Below the pieces are notes generated by a model. That model saw only the letters and a program-made list of their open reading frames with translations. It ran no database searches and was not told the DNA's origin. A stretch of DNA of 64,000 bases from the human T2T-CHM13v2.0 reference genome, Homo sapiens: assembly GCF_009914755.1 (NCBI RefSeq), contig NC_060947.1; one strand, 5' to 3'. The translations under genes and the position numbers were made by a program. This document shows, one piece after another, positions 28,702-42,374 of the stretch (position 1 is the stretch's first letter; every line of letters begins with the position of its first letter).

Positions 28702-31700
28702 GCTTCTCTAGTTCTTTTATTTGTGATGTTAGGTTGTCAATTTTAGATCTTTCCTGCTTTCTCTTGTGGGCATTTAGTGCTATAAATTTCCCTCTACACA
28801 TTGCTTTAAATGTGTTCCAGAGATTCTGGTATGTTGTGTCTTTTTTCTCATTGGTTTCAAAGAACATCTTTATTTGTGCCTTTGTTTTGTTATGTACCCA
28901 GTAGTCATTCAGGAGCAGGTTGTTCAGTTTCCATGTAGTTGAGCGGTTTTGAGTGAGTTTCTTAATCCTGAGTTCCAGTTTGATTGCACTGTAGTCTGAG
29001 AGACAGTTTGTTATAATTTCTATTCTTTTACATTTGCTGAGGAGTGCTTTACTTCCAACTATGTGGTCAATTTTGGAATAATCACGTTGTGGTGCTGAGA
29101 AGAATGTATATTCTGTTGATTTGGGGTGGAGAGTTCTGTAGATGTTTCTTAAGTCTGCTTGGTGCAGAGCTGAGTTCAATTCCTGGAGATCCTTGTTAAC
29201 TTTCTGTCCCGTTGAACTGTCTAATGTTGACAGTGGGGTGTTAAACTCTCCCGTTATTATTGTGTGGGAATCTAAGTCTCTTTACATGTCTCTAAGGACT
29301 TGCTTTATGAATCTGGGTGCTCCTGTATTGGGTGCATATATGTTTAGGATATTTAGCTCTTCTTGTTGAACTGATCCCTTTACCATTATGTAATGGCCTT
29401 CTTCATCTCTTTTGATCTTTGTTGGCTTAAAGTCTGTTTTATCAGAGACTAGTATTGCGACCCTTGCCTTTTTTATTCATTTTCTTGGTAGATCTTCCTC
29501 CATCCCTTTATTTTGAGCCTATGTGTGTCTCTGCACGTGAGATGCATCTCCTGCATATAGCACTCTGATGGGTCTTGACTCTTTATCCAATTTGCCAATT
29601 GCTTCTTTCAATTGAAGCATTTAGCCCATTTACATTTAAGGTTAATATTGTTATGTGTGCATTGGATCCTGTCATTGTGATGTTAGCTAGTTATTTTGCT
29701 CATTAGTTGATGTAGTTTCTTCCTAGCATCGATGGTCTTTACATGTTGGCATATTTTTGCAGTGGCTGATACCGGTTGTTCCTTTCCATGTTTAGTGCTT
29801 CCTTCAGGAGCTCTTGTAGGGTGGGCCTGGTGGTGACAAAATCTCTCAGCATTTGCTTGTCTGTAAAGTATTTTATTTCTCCTTCTCTTATGAAGCTTAG
29901 TTTGGCTGGATATGAAATTCTGGGTTGAAAATTCTTTTCCTTAAGAATGTTGAATATTGGCCCCCACTCTCTTCTGGCTTGTAGAGTTTCTGCCGAGAGA
30001 TCTGCTGTTAGTCTGACGGGCTTTCGTTTGTGGGTAACCCGACCTTTCTCTCTGGCTGCCCTTAACATTTTTTCCTTCATTTCAACTTCGGTGAATCTGT
30101 CAATTATGTGTCTTGGAGTTGCTCTTCTCAAGGAGTATCTTTGTGGACTTTTCTGTATTTCCTGAATTTGAATATTGGCTTGTCTTGCTAGATTGGGGAA
30201 GTTCTCGTGGAGAATATCCTGCAGAGTGTTTTCCAACTTGGTTCCATTCTCCCTGTCACTTTCAGGTACTCCAGTCAGATGTAGATTTGGTCTTTTCACA
30301 TAGTCCCATATTTCTTGGAGGGTTTGTTCATTTCTTTGTACTCTTTTTTCTCTAAACTTCTCTTCTCGCTTCATTTCATTCATTTGATCTTCCATCGCTG
30401 ATACCCTTCCTTCCAGTTGATTGAATTGGTTACTGAAGCTTGTGCGTTCATCACATAGTTCTCATGCCATGGTTTTCAGCTCCATCAGGTCATTTAAGGA
30501 CTTCTCTACACTGGTTATTCTAGTTATCCATTTGTCTATTTTTTTTTCAAGGTTTTTATCTTCTTTGTGATGGGTTTGAACTTCCTCCTTTAGCTTGGAG
30601 AGGTTTGTTGTCTGATGCCTTCTTCTCTCAACTTGTGAAAGTCATTCTCCATCCAGCTTTGCTCTGTTGCTGGTGAGGAGCTGTGTTCCTTTGGAGGGGG
30701 AGAAGTCCTCTGATTTTTAGAATTTTCAGCTTTTCTGCTCTGTTTCTTTCCCCATCTTTGTGGTTTTATCTACCTTTGATCTTTGATGATGGCGACGTAC
30801 AGATGGGGTTTTGGTGTGGATGTCCTTTCTGTTTGTTAGTTTTCCTTCTAACAATCAGGACCCTTAGCTGCAGGTCTGTTGGAGTTTGCTGGAAGTCCAC
30901 TCCAGACCCTGTTTGCCTGGTTATCAGCAGTGAAGGCTGCAGAACGCGAATATTGCTGAACAGCAAATGTTGCTGCCTGATCATTCCTCTGGAAGCTTTG
31001 TCTCAGAGGGGTACCCGGCCGTGTGAGGTGTCAGTCTGCCCCTATTAGGGGGTGCTTCCCAGTTAGGCTACTCGGGGGTGAGGGACCCACTTGAGGAGGC
31101 AGTCTGTCTGTTCTCAGATCTCAAACTCTGTGCTGGGAGAACCACTACTCTCTTCACAGCTGTCAGACAGGAACATTTAAATCTGCAGAGGTTTCTGCTG
31201 CCTTTTGTTCGGCTATGCCCTGCCCCCAGAGGTGAAGTCTACAGAGGCAGGCAGGCCTCCTTGAGCTGTGGTGGGCTCCACCCAGTTCGAGCTTCCTGGC
31301 CGCTTTGTTTACCTACTCAAGCCTCAGCAATGGTGGGTGCCCCTACCCTAGCCTCACTGCCACCTTGCAGTTGGATCTCAGACTGCTGTGCTAGCAATGA
31401 GCGAGGCTCCATGGACGTGGGACCCTCCAAGCCAGGCACGGGATATAATCTGCTGCTGTGCCATTTGCTAAGACCCTTGGAAGAGCGTATTAGGGTGGGA
31501 GTGACCCTATTTTCCAGGTGCTGTGTGTCACAGCTTTCCTTGGCTAGGAAAGGGAATTCCCTGACCCCTTGCACTTCCTGGGTGAGGCGATGCCTCACCC
31601 TGCTTTGGCTCTCGCTTGGTGGGCTGCACCCACTCTCCTGCACCCACTGTCTGACATGCCCCAGTGAGATGAACCTGGTACCTCCGTTGGTAATGCAGAA

Positions 31701-31776
31701 ATCACCTGTTTTCTGCGTCACTCATGCTAGGAGCTGTAGACTGGGGTTGTTCCTATTCGGCCATCTTGGAACCGCG
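28702..31776 (-). mobile_element. 5' 3 kb of older L1 (L1PA5-like): 5' UTR, ORF1 (29739-30755), ORF2 start
   Basis: 5' GGTTCCAAGATGGCCG; TSD TATAACCTTCCTTCTT at 31777-31792 pairs with 22648-22663. Confidence 0.9.
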
Positions 31777-34700
31777 TATAACCTTCCTTCTTAACACTGC
31801 TTTGTTTGTAACCGAGAGATTCTGGTATGTTGTATTTTTCTTATCAGTTTCAAAGAACTTGATTTCTGCCTTAATTTCATTATTTACCCAGTAGTCATTC
31901 AGAAGCAGGTTGTTTAATTTCTATGTAATTGTCTGGTGTTGACTGATTTTCTTAGCATTGATTTCTATTTTTATTGCACTGTGGTCCAAGAGTGTGATTG
32001 ACATGATTTCAGTTTTTTTTTTTAATTTGCTGAGGATTGTTTTATTCCTAACTGTATTGTCTATTTTAGAGTATGTGGCATGTGCAGATGAGAAGAATGT
32101 ATATTCCGTTGTTTTTGGGTGGAGAGTTTTGTACATGTCTATTAGGTCTATTTGTCTCAGCATTGAGTTAAGGTCCTGAATGTCTTTGCTAGTTTTCTGC
32201 CTTGATAATATGTCTCACATGGTCAATGGGGTGTTAAAGTCTCCCACTATTATTGTGTGGTTATCTAAATCTCTTTGTAGGTCTCTAAGAACTTGCTTTA
32301 TGAATCTGGATACTCCTGTGTTGGCTGTGTATATATTTAGGGTAGTTAACTGTTCTCATTGAATTGAACTCTTCACCATTCTGTAATACCCTTCCTTGTC
32401 TTTTTTGGTCTTCATTAGTTAAAATCTGTTTTCTCTGAAATTAAAATAGCAACCCCTTCTTTCTTCTGTTTTCTGTTTGCTTGGCAGATTTTTCTCCATT
32501 CCTTTACTTTGAGCCTATGGGCATCATTGCATGGGGGATGGGTCTCTTGAATACAGCATACCATTGTGTTTTGCTTCATTATCCAACTTGCCACTCTGTG
32601 CCTTTTATTTGATGCATTAAGCCCATTTACATTCAAGGTTAGTACTAATATTGATATGTGTGAATTTGATTCTGTCATCATATTGTTAGCTGGTTATTAC
32701 GCAGACTTGTTTGTGTGGTTGCTTTATATTTTTCCTGGTCTACGTACTTAAGTATGTTTTTGTAGTTGTTGGTAATGGCCTTTTGTTTCCATATTTAGCA
32801 CTCCTTCATGACCTCTTTTAAGGCAGTACTGGTAGTAATAAATTCCTTTAGTATTTGCTTGTTTGAAAAGGGTCTTATTTTTCTTTCACTTATGAAGCTT
32901 AGTTTGGCCAGATATGAAATCTTTGTCAAAAATTCTTTTCTTAAGAATGCTGAATATAGACCACCAATCTCTTCTGGCTCTGTAGGGTTTCTGCTGATGG
33001 GTCTGCTGTTAGCCTGATGGCCTTCCCTTTGTAGCTTTTCTGTCCCTTTTCTCTAGCTATCTTTAACATTTTTTCTTTCATTTTAGCCTTTGAGAATCTG
33101 ACGACTATGTGTCTTGAGGATGGTCTTCTTGTGTAGTATTTTGCAGGGCTTCTCTGCATTTCCTGAATTTAGATTTTGGCCTCTCTAGTGAGGTTCATGG
33201 ATGATATCCTAAAATATGTTTTCCAAGTTCCTTGGTTTCTCTCCCTCTCAGGTATGCCAGTGAGTCATAGATTGGGTCTCTTTACATTATTTTATTATTC
33301 TTGGAGGTTTTGTTCATTCTTTGTTATTGTTTTTTTCTTTATTTTTCTGTGACTCAGTTACTTCAGAGAGCCAGTCTCCAAACCCTCAGATTCTTTTCTC
33401 AGCTTGGTCAATTATTCTGTTAATAATTGAAATTGCATCATGAAATTCTTGTAGTGTGTTTTTCAACTCTATCATATCTGTGAGGTTCTTTCTTATAATT
33501 GCCATTTCATCTATCAGCTTCTGTATCATTTTATTATAATCCCTAGATTCCTTGGATTAGGTTTTGACTTTCTCTCCTGTATGTCAATGATCTTTGTTAC
33601 TGTCCATATTCTGAATTTTATTCCTGTAATTTCAGCCATCTCCACCTGGTTAAGAACTATTTCTGGGGAAGTAGTATGGTCATTTGGAGGTAAGAAGACA
33701 CTCTGGCTTTTTGAGTTGCCAGAGTTCTTGTGCTGGTTCTTTCTCACCTTTGTGGGCTAATGTTTCCTTTAATCTTAGAAGTTGCTGTGCTTTGGTTGAG
33801 TTTTTTCTCTTTTATCCTATTTGATGTCCTTGGGAGTTTGGTTGTGGTATAAGGTGGGTTCTGTCAGCTGGCTTCATTTCTGAAAGATTTTCAGGGCCAA
33901 AGGCTCAGCTCAGGATTCCTGAATTGCATGCTCTAACTCTTAGGAGTGGGTATCATGCCCCTGGCTTTTTTCTCTGGCCCCTTGAGGTTTGGAACCTGCA
34001 GCACTAGAGAGGCCAAAGTGTTCCCAGAATGCTGGTGACAACACTCTGATGGGTGATGTCAGCCAGAGTGCTTTGTAGGGTGGCGGTACCTGGATCTGTC
34101 CTCATTTGCACATGCCAACAACAGAGGCAGCACAGCAGGGTGCATGCTCCTCAGCTGTGTCAAGAGTCCTGGTGGGTTCAGGGGTGCCATCCTCCATGAA
34201 GGTGTTTTCAGGGGTGGTGGTTGAAGTATTTTGTAGGGGGGCAGGATGTCCCACTGGAGTCTCTATGCACATTTGCACTGATGGTGGTGTTAGTTTGGGG
34301 TTGACATGCTGGTAGGCATGGGACTATGAGTGCCCTTTGAGCATGTTTTTACACGGGTGATGGTGCCTGCTCAGAGTAGGGGTGGGTCTGATGGTCTCCG
34401 TGCATAGTTTCTCACCAACAAAAGTGTTTGTGTAGGGCCAAGGTGCTGGCAGGTGCTTGACCAGAGTCCTCTTTGTGCACGTTCATGCAGGCAGCAGTAG
34501 CCGCACAGTGCATGGGTGGGGACATTGGCCTGCATGCCTAGTTTTGTGCAAGCAGCAGTGTCAGTATGGGGGTGGGGAGCTGGTGGGTGTGTGGCTGGCA
34601 GTTTCCATGCCCTTGGACACTCTGATGGCAATGGCAGCATGGCGGGGGGCACGGTGCACTCACACTGGCAGCAGGGGCATGGTAGGATGCATGTGCACAT

Positions 34701-35614
34701 GCATGCTGGTGGTGAAGGAGGGGGAAAGTTTCACCCCCCTACACACAGACACCAGCTAAGCAGTGTAGGAGGTGGCCGTGGGCAAGTGTGTGTAGGTAAA
34801 GTGGCATGGGGGATGGTGTGGTGGGGTGATGGCATGGGTGGGCTGGTATGTGCCCATGGGGGCCACTCTGCTGGAGCTCTTCGCCAGTCATGCACAGTTT
34901 GCCAGTGCAGGAACTATGATGTGGGCCTCTAAGAGTCACCCCACCTGGGCATCCAAGGATCCATTGCAAGCACATGTGGCCAGGCTGGGGCCCCAGGAGA
35001 GGCCAGCAGAGCAAGGGGTGCTCAGGTTGAACTGGCACCATCTCATGGGCAAGACTGCCCTGCACTGTTCAGGTCCAACAGTTCCCATAGGGCTAAAGTC
35101 TCCTAGGGGAGCAATGTAAGGTTTGGGGGGTGGGCATCCCTGGCAGTGCTCCTCATAGATGCTCTCTCACCAAACCCTCAGAGCTCTGCACCAGCCAGAG
35201 TTCTGCCCCTGCCACTTCTCTAAGCAGTTCTCACTGCCAGCTGAAGTGTCCATGAAGGTCGTGGGGTCTCCTGCTGCCAGTAATCCAGAGGCCTATGGCG
35301 AGAAAAAGTTGCTCCTTGCCTGCTCAATTCACCCCTTCCCCAGGAGTCACTGGGTACCAGGAATGAGTCCTGGTGTGCAGTAACCCCGTTCAGGGTTCCC
35401 AGCTTCCTCCCCTTTCAGCCCAGGATCTGTGTCTTCCCTCCACCCACTTTCAGTGTCTTCCTCTGAAGATCTGCTAGGAGTGCACCAGTCTTCCCAATGT
35501 CCTAGTCCCTTGGTGCTAGATGTTCCTCCTGGCTGAGTCTAGTTGGCTATCTCTATCAAGTTTTAAAATTAACCTTGGAGTGATGGAAAAAACTTAAAAA
35601 ATAAAATACAATTA

Positions 35615-35820
35615 GGATGTGGGTCCTCCAACTTTGTTCTTTTTCAAGATTGTTTTGGCTATTCTGTGTCCCTTGCAATTCCATGTATATTTTAGGATTA
35701 GCTTTTCCGTACTGAAAAAAAAAGTCGTTGGAATTTTGATAAGCACTGTATTAAGTCTGTGGATCAATCTGTAGAATATTACCAGCTTAACAATGTTAAT
35801 ACTTCCAATCCACGAATATG
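35615..35820 (-). mobile_element. L1M ORF2 fragment
   Basis: TCCTCCAACTTTGTTCTTTTTCAAGATTGTTTTGGCTATTCT. Confidence 0.7.
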
Positions 35821-35847
35821 AGTTTTTGAAATTTTGTTATTAAAAAC

Positions 35848-36003
35848 TTTTTTTAAAGAGACAGTCTCACTCTGTTGCCCGGGCTGGAGTGCAGTGGTGC
35901 GATCATAGCTCACTGCAGCTTTGAACTCCTGGGCTCAAGTGATCCTCCTGCCTCAGCCTCCTGAGTACCTGGGACTATAGGCACATGCTACCACACCCAG
36001 GTA
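35848..36003 (-). mobile_element. Alu right monomer (FRAM/AluJ fragment)
   Basis: GAGACAGTCTCACTCTG...CACACCCAG; possible TSD ATGAGTTTTT. Confidence 0.85.
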
Positions 36004-36208
36004 AATGAGTTTTTAATACATGTTTTGATAATGAGTAAATTTAATTATCTGAGTATTACAAATGAGAAGTCTGAGACGAATTATTGATCAAAAGCTCAAC
36101 TGTTATATCCCTGTTTCTAGCAATACAGTGGTCTAGGACTGATTAGATATCTTGACAAACTTTCTTGTTGAAAACTAATAATAATGGATAGATGCATCAG
36201 TGAGTTCA

Positions 36209-36589
<381 letters not shown>

Positions 36590-37289
36590 CTAGCTTTTGC
36601 AATGAGAGAATTTGCTGTTTCTAGTAAATCGGGCTTCGTTTTTTGCAATCCGTTGGGATGTTAGGGGATGAGAGAAAAAGTGAAGTGACCCATTGTAGAT
36701 TTGAGATTCCACTGGTGATACCTTCAAGAACAGTGAATTAGAAATACACCCACCTCCCTCCCCACTCACTGAACAGGGGAAATTGTCTGAAATATTGGCA
36801 CAAGGTGAAAAAGAAAAAATAATCCTCCTTAAGACTTCTTAAGCAAAGGCCAGCAACCACCTCCAAATTTACAATACTTAATCATTTAAAGTACCTGAAA
36901 CCAAGAATTTTGGTTTGCGGTGGCAAACACAAATTTCTCTGGAGAAACCCGCTTCATCCTATGACTTAAAGAATCAACACAGATTAAGCTCCAAGAATTA
37001 TGAATTCACAGTTAAAAGTTACAAAACATTTAAATACACAAGACAACATGAATAAAAGTTATCAGAAAATACAGGCAACAGAATCATATTCGTGAGGATT
37101 TTAGATATTAGAATGATCAAACACAGAATTTGAAATGATAATATTTACAATGTTTAAAAAATAAAACAATTGAAATATGAATAAAGATCTAGGGAGTATA
37201 AGACATATTCAAGATGTTTCCAAAAGTAATCCAAAAAATTTCCAGAAATAAAACTGCAATAATTAAAACATATATCAGACATAAGACTT

Positions 37290-38270
37290 GTATCCTATAT
37301 AAACACTTCTAAAACTAGATAATAAATGGGAAATATCCTCCAATAATGAATGGACAAGAAACTTAACAGATGCTCTATAGAAGCCCAATAAGACATGAAA
37401 AAGTGATCAAAATAATTAGTCTTCAGAGAAAAGCAAATGAAAAACATAATGAGATATGAATTAATATACACTAGACTGGCTAAAATTGAAAAGACTAAAA
37501 ATACCAAGTACTGGAAAGGAGCTGGAGCCACCAAAACCTTCACACATTTCTGATTGGAATGTTAGATGGTTCAAGAACTTTGAAGTGAATTTTGGCAGTT
37601 TCTTATAAAGGCAAGCATAAACCTACTTTGATCCAGCAATTGCACTCCTAGGTATTTATCAAAAAGAAATGACAACAAAAAATATGTCCACTAAAAGTTT
37701 TAGAAGACTGCTTACAGCAGCTTCATTCATAATAGCTCCAAATTGGAAACACATCAAATGTTTATCAACAGGAGAATGCATAAACTGCATAAAAAAATTG
37801 TGGTATATTCACACAATAAAATACTACCCAGCTATAGAAGGGACTGAATTACTGATATTTAAACAATATGGAGGCATCTCCCAGACGTTATGTTGAGTGA
37901 AAGAAGCTAGACATACTGTATTATACCATTTTATATGGAGTTCTAAAGCTGCCAGTGAGAGACTGGAAAGTAGCATAAGGAAGATTTCTGGGGATATGAA
38001 AATGTCAAATAGCTCGATAGGGGTATAAGTTGCATGGTATTTTCCAAAAGTATGCAATTAAGATTAGTGTAATTCAGTGCAGGTACATTTTACTTTAAAA
38101 TATCTATGAAAGTAATAATCAAATTGAGGGTGGGGCAGGGAGCCAGTATAGATAAAACAAGAATGGCAGAAGTATCAAAGTTGTTATAGCTGGGTGATAA
38201 GTTTATGGGCATCCATTTTACTATTTTGTTTACTTTGTACACATTTAAAATTTTTCATAATAAAAAGCTT
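37290..38270 (+). mobile_element. Old L1M (L1ME/MC-like) 3' region
   Basis: GATCCAGCAATTGCACTCCTAGGTATTTA, TGTGGTATATTCACACAAT, terminal AATAAA. Confidence 0.7.
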
Positions 38271-38419
38271 TACAATTTTATTAGAACTGGTAGCACTTTT
38301 GATAGAGAAAAATTGATAAACTAGAAGATAAACCTGAAGAAATGATAAAAATGCAGAACATATGCACATATGTTCTATCACATATGCAGATAGGTGAGCA
38401 CCCAGTATGTGGTTTTTAG

Positions 38420-39400
38420 TTTATATCACTGAAAGAGGAACTGAAGAGTGTAGGAAAGACAGTCTGGAATCACCAATGCCACCCCAACCCCATCCCCCAG
38501 CAGCAGCTCTGTGGCACGAAGAGAGAATCTCTGCACTTGGGAGAAGGAGAGCGCAGTGACTATGAGATTGTATTGAACCTAGTGGTGCCCTATCACAGCA
38601 GAAAGCAAAACAGGGCTAAACTCAGCCCTAGCCTGTCCACAGAAGAAGCATATAGGCCAGCCCTGCCTTGAGGGGATTCACACATCCCAGTGATCAGAAC
38701 TGGATTTACAGCAAACCTCACCACCATGGGCTAAAGTGCTCTGGGGCTCTAAATAAACTTGAAAGGCAGTCTGTGCCACAAGGACTGCAACTCCTAGGCA
38801 AGTCCTAGTGCTGAGCTAGGCTTATAGCCAGAGGACACGGTGGGCATGCAACATACTGATACACAAGCCAGGGAGGCTAAGAAAGTGCTTGCACCAGCTG
38901 TCCGCAAACCCCAGGCTGCACAGCTTGTGGCTCCAAAAGAGACCCCTTCCTTCCACTTGAGGAGAGAAGGAAGAGTAAAGATGACTTTGTCTTGCATCTT
39001 AGATATCCAAGTAGGGTAAGCCATCAGTCAGAGTCATGAGGCCCCCATTCGAAGCCCTAGCTCCTGGATATATCTAGATATATCCTGGGACAGAAGGGAA
39101 CATGATGCTTTGAAGGGAAAGACCCAGTCCTGGCAGGACTCATCACCTGTTGACTAAAGAGCCCTTGGTCACTGAATAATCAGCAGCAATACTCAGATAG
39201 TACACTGTGGGCCTTCGGTGAGACTCTGAGACTTGCTTGCTGCAGGGGAGACTCAGCACATTCCCAGCTGTGGTAACTACAGGGAAAGACTCCTTCTGGT
39301 TGAGAAAAACAGAGGGAAAATAAAGGGGACTTTGTCTTGCACTGCAGGTACCAGCTCAGCCACAGGGGTGTAGAGCACCAAGTGGGCTCTTGGGGTCCGC
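38420..39400 (+). mobile_element. L1M (L1MA-lineage) 5' UTR fragment
   Basis: Repeated GGGACTTTGTCTTGCA units; reverse-complement similarity to 62170-63400. Confidence 0.7.
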
Positions 39401-39414
39401 AATTCTTTAAAAAA

Positions 39415-39680
39415 AATTTTTTTTTATTATTATACTTTAAGTTCTGAGATACATGGGCAGAATGTGCAGGTTTGTTACATAGGTATACACGTGCCATAAT
39501 GGTTTGCTGCACCCTTCAACCCGTCACCAACAGTGTAAAAGCGTTCCTATTTCTCCACATCCTCCCCAGCATCTGTTGTTTTCATCTGCATTTCTCTAGT
39601 GACCAGTGATGATTAGCTTTTTGTCATGTTTGTTGGCTGCATAAATGTCTTCTTTTGAGAAGTGTCTGTTCATATCTTTC
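39415..39680 (-). mobile_element. L1PA7-like 3' fragment with two internal deletions
   Basis: TTATTATACTTTAAGTTCTG...ACATAGGTATACACGTGCC joined to non-adjacent ORF2 3' pieces. Confidence 0.8.
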
Positions 39681-39983
39681 CACCTCCCAAACTTGTTTCT
39701 CCTCTTTATTCCCTACTTTTACTAATGGTGGTTCAACCAGTCACTCAGATGAAATTCCTTGTTTTCTTCTTTTCCCTTACCAGCAACACTAACTTTCCTA
39801 TTGCGTTCTTTCTGCTTCCACAGTATCTTTATGATCTAGTTCCTTTCTTCCATCTCCACTGCTATTGTCCTAGGCCCGATAATCATTATCTCTCATCTGG
39901 ACTTTTGTAATAGCTTCTTCCTGCTTCTAGTCTTGTTATCCTGTGCTACAAGGTACATATTGCTGTCAGAATTATTCTTTTTT

Positions 39984-40275
39984 GGCTGGGCATGGTGGCT
40001 CTTGCCTGTAATCCCAGCACTTTGGGAGGCCAAGACGAGAGGAGCACTTGAGGTCTGGAGTTTGAGACCAGCCTGGCCAACATGGTGAAACCTGGTCTCT
40101 ACCAAAAAATGCAAAAGTTAGCCAGGCATGGTGGTGGAGACTGTAGTCCCAGCTACTCAGGAGACTGAGGCATGAGAATCACTTGAACCCAAGAGCCGGA
40201 GATTGCAGTGAGCCAAGATTGCGTCACCGCACCCCAGCCTTGGCAACAGAGTGAGACCCTGTCTCAAAAAGAAAA
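39984..40275 (+). mobile_element. AluS/J
   Basis: Full dimer; TSD-like AATTATTCTTT on both sides. Confidence 0.92.
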
Positions 40276-40341
40276 TTATTCTTTATAAACAGAGTTTGAG
40301 TCACATCATTCTTTTTTTTTTCTTCCAAAACTCTGCATATA

Positions 40342-40645
40342 GGCCAGGAGCATTGGCTTATGCCTGTAATCGCAGCACTTTGGGAGGCTGAGGCGGGCGG
40401 ATTGCCAGAGCCCAGCCTAGAAAACATAGTGAGTTCCTGTCTCTACAATAGATAAAAAACAAAAAAATTAGCCAGATGTGGTGGCTAATGCCTGTAGTTC
40501 TAGCTACTCAGCAGGCACTGAGGTGGGAGGATTGCTTGAGCCTGGGAGATCAAGGCTGCAGTGAGCTATGATCATTCCGCTGCACTCCAGCCTGGGTGAA
40601 ATAGTGAGACCCTGTTTCACAAACAAAACAAACAAACAAAAAACC
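40342..40645 (+). mobile_element. AluJ
   Basis: GGGAGGATTGCTTGAGCCTGGGAG...GGCTGCAGTGAGCTATGAT; (CAAA)n tail. Confidence 0.9.
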
Positions 40646-41140
40646 AATCTGCCTATAGATTTAAGTCCAAATATTTAACATGCTTTTCAAGTGTTCCATG
40701 ATCTGGCCTTGCTCGAGTCATCATCTACAAGATCCTCCACTTATCCTAAATTCCTGTAATTTCTATTTGGAGCTAGGTCAGTCCATTTCACATCTTCTGA
40801 CCTTTGTCTCCTGCAGTTCTTAAGCCTGTAATGTCTTTGCATTTGTTCTCTCAGTCACTAAAATGCTTACCCTTTAGAACCCAACTAAAATATCAGCTTT
40901 TTAATAAAGTCAATCCTATTTGCTTCACTAGAAAGTAATTTGTTCCTCTCTTTCTGCTCCCCTAGCAGACTACTTGGACTTCTTTTATGGCACCTGTTTC
41001 AAAATTCCTTATATCATAATTATTTGTGTTTATGACTGTGAACTTCAATAAACTGCAAGTTTCTTGAAGACAGAAATAGTGTTGTATTGACTGCTGTATT
41101 CCTGGAGGTATCATAGTGCCTGGAACATTGAGGATGCTCA

Positions 41141-41655
41141 AGGAAAGTGGAAAGTGGAATCTCTGTTGCCCATCTTCAGGATCTACCACCAGAAAATATA
41201 CCATATCGTTGACTTTGTTTATAAGTGGAAAGTCATAACCAGAGCACTCTATGAATATTGTATTAAAGAAGGCTATGCAGGAAAAAACCTAATCACAATA
41301 TGGAAAAAGCAAGGCTATGAGAACTTGTGCTGGCTGCTGTGCCTTCAGACATGGAACACCAATTTTGGGACAAACTGCAATTGCTGTGTTCCTAAAACAA
41401 AGATAGAAGTGGGCTGCATCATTGAGTGCATGCACTGTGGCTGCCAGGGCTGCTCTAGCTGAGGTCCTTGGGCCCTGACCCCTCTCCACCCTGGACTCTG
41501 GACTTTGCACGTTCCTGCCTGTTGTCGTCCCATTTCCTGGGAACAACTCTTCTCCTAGAGCAATGCCCTAGGCCTTAGTTGGAGCATGGTCTCTATAGGT
41601 GAAGGCTTTGCTCTCCATCAGCTGTGATTTGTAAAAATAAAAACTTTAAACCTCT
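41141..41655 (+). pseudogene. BUD31: BUD31 (G10) processed pseudogene, 5'-truncated
   Basis: [15 protein letters not shown]...[25 protein letters not shown]...NFGTNC.C.VPK...[13 protein letters not shown] matches the BUD31 C-terminal ~100 aa; intronless; stop at 41460-41462; 3' UTR with AATAAA at 41636-41641. Confidence 0.93.
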
Positions 41656-41990
41656 TGGGGGGAAAACAACTGTTAAAAGAAGTTCTTCAGAAAAATGAAA
41701 ATTATAGGTTAGGCACTTGGATTCACATAACAAAAGGAAGACCATGGGAAAATCAATAAGTGAAGGTAAAATTAAAACTTTTATTTTCTTACACTTAATC
41801 TAACAGTTAAGTTTGCTAAAAATAATATCAATATGTTCATATATATGTTTAAATATATATGTTTATATATAAGTGAAATGAATGACAGCAATTATAGAAG
41901 GGAAGGGAGGGAGATACTAAGATTCTTTTATTATTATAAGGAACTCACACTATCCATGAAGTGGTACAGTGTTACTTGACAGTGAACTTG

Positions 41991-42128
41991 TGCCCGGCGT
42001 GCTGGCTCATGCCTGTAATTCTAGCACTTTGGGAGTCTAAGGCAAGAGGATCCCTTTAGCCCAGGATTTGGAGACACAGCCTGGACAGCATAGAGGGACC
42101 CTGTCTCTATTTTAAAAAAGAAAAGAAA
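41991..42128 (+). mobile_element. Free left Alu monomer (FLAM-like)
   Basis: Monomer with A tail; TSD TGAACTTG. Confidence 0.8.
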
Positions 42129-42374
42129 ATGAACTTGGATTAGTTTTAAATCTATATTGCAAACTCAATTGAATAAATAAAAAAGGAGAAAAAAATAATT
42201 ATAACTGATATGTTTTATGTCAGAGAAAATGGAATCATGTAAAATTCTCAGTTAAAACCACAAGATGCAAAAGAACATGGAAGATAAAAATAGAAGCAAA
42301 AAACAAGGGCAACAAATAGAAAACAGCAGCAAACATTGTAGATATTAGCCCAATCATATCAATAATCACTTTAA

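Larger units (their letters stand above)
39682..41140 (+). mobile_element. L2 LINE relic, split by two Alus
   Basis: TCTCATCTGGAC...TAATAGC, TCCATGATCTGGCC and terminal ATAGTGCCTGGAACAT...TGCTCAA. Confidence 0.65.
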
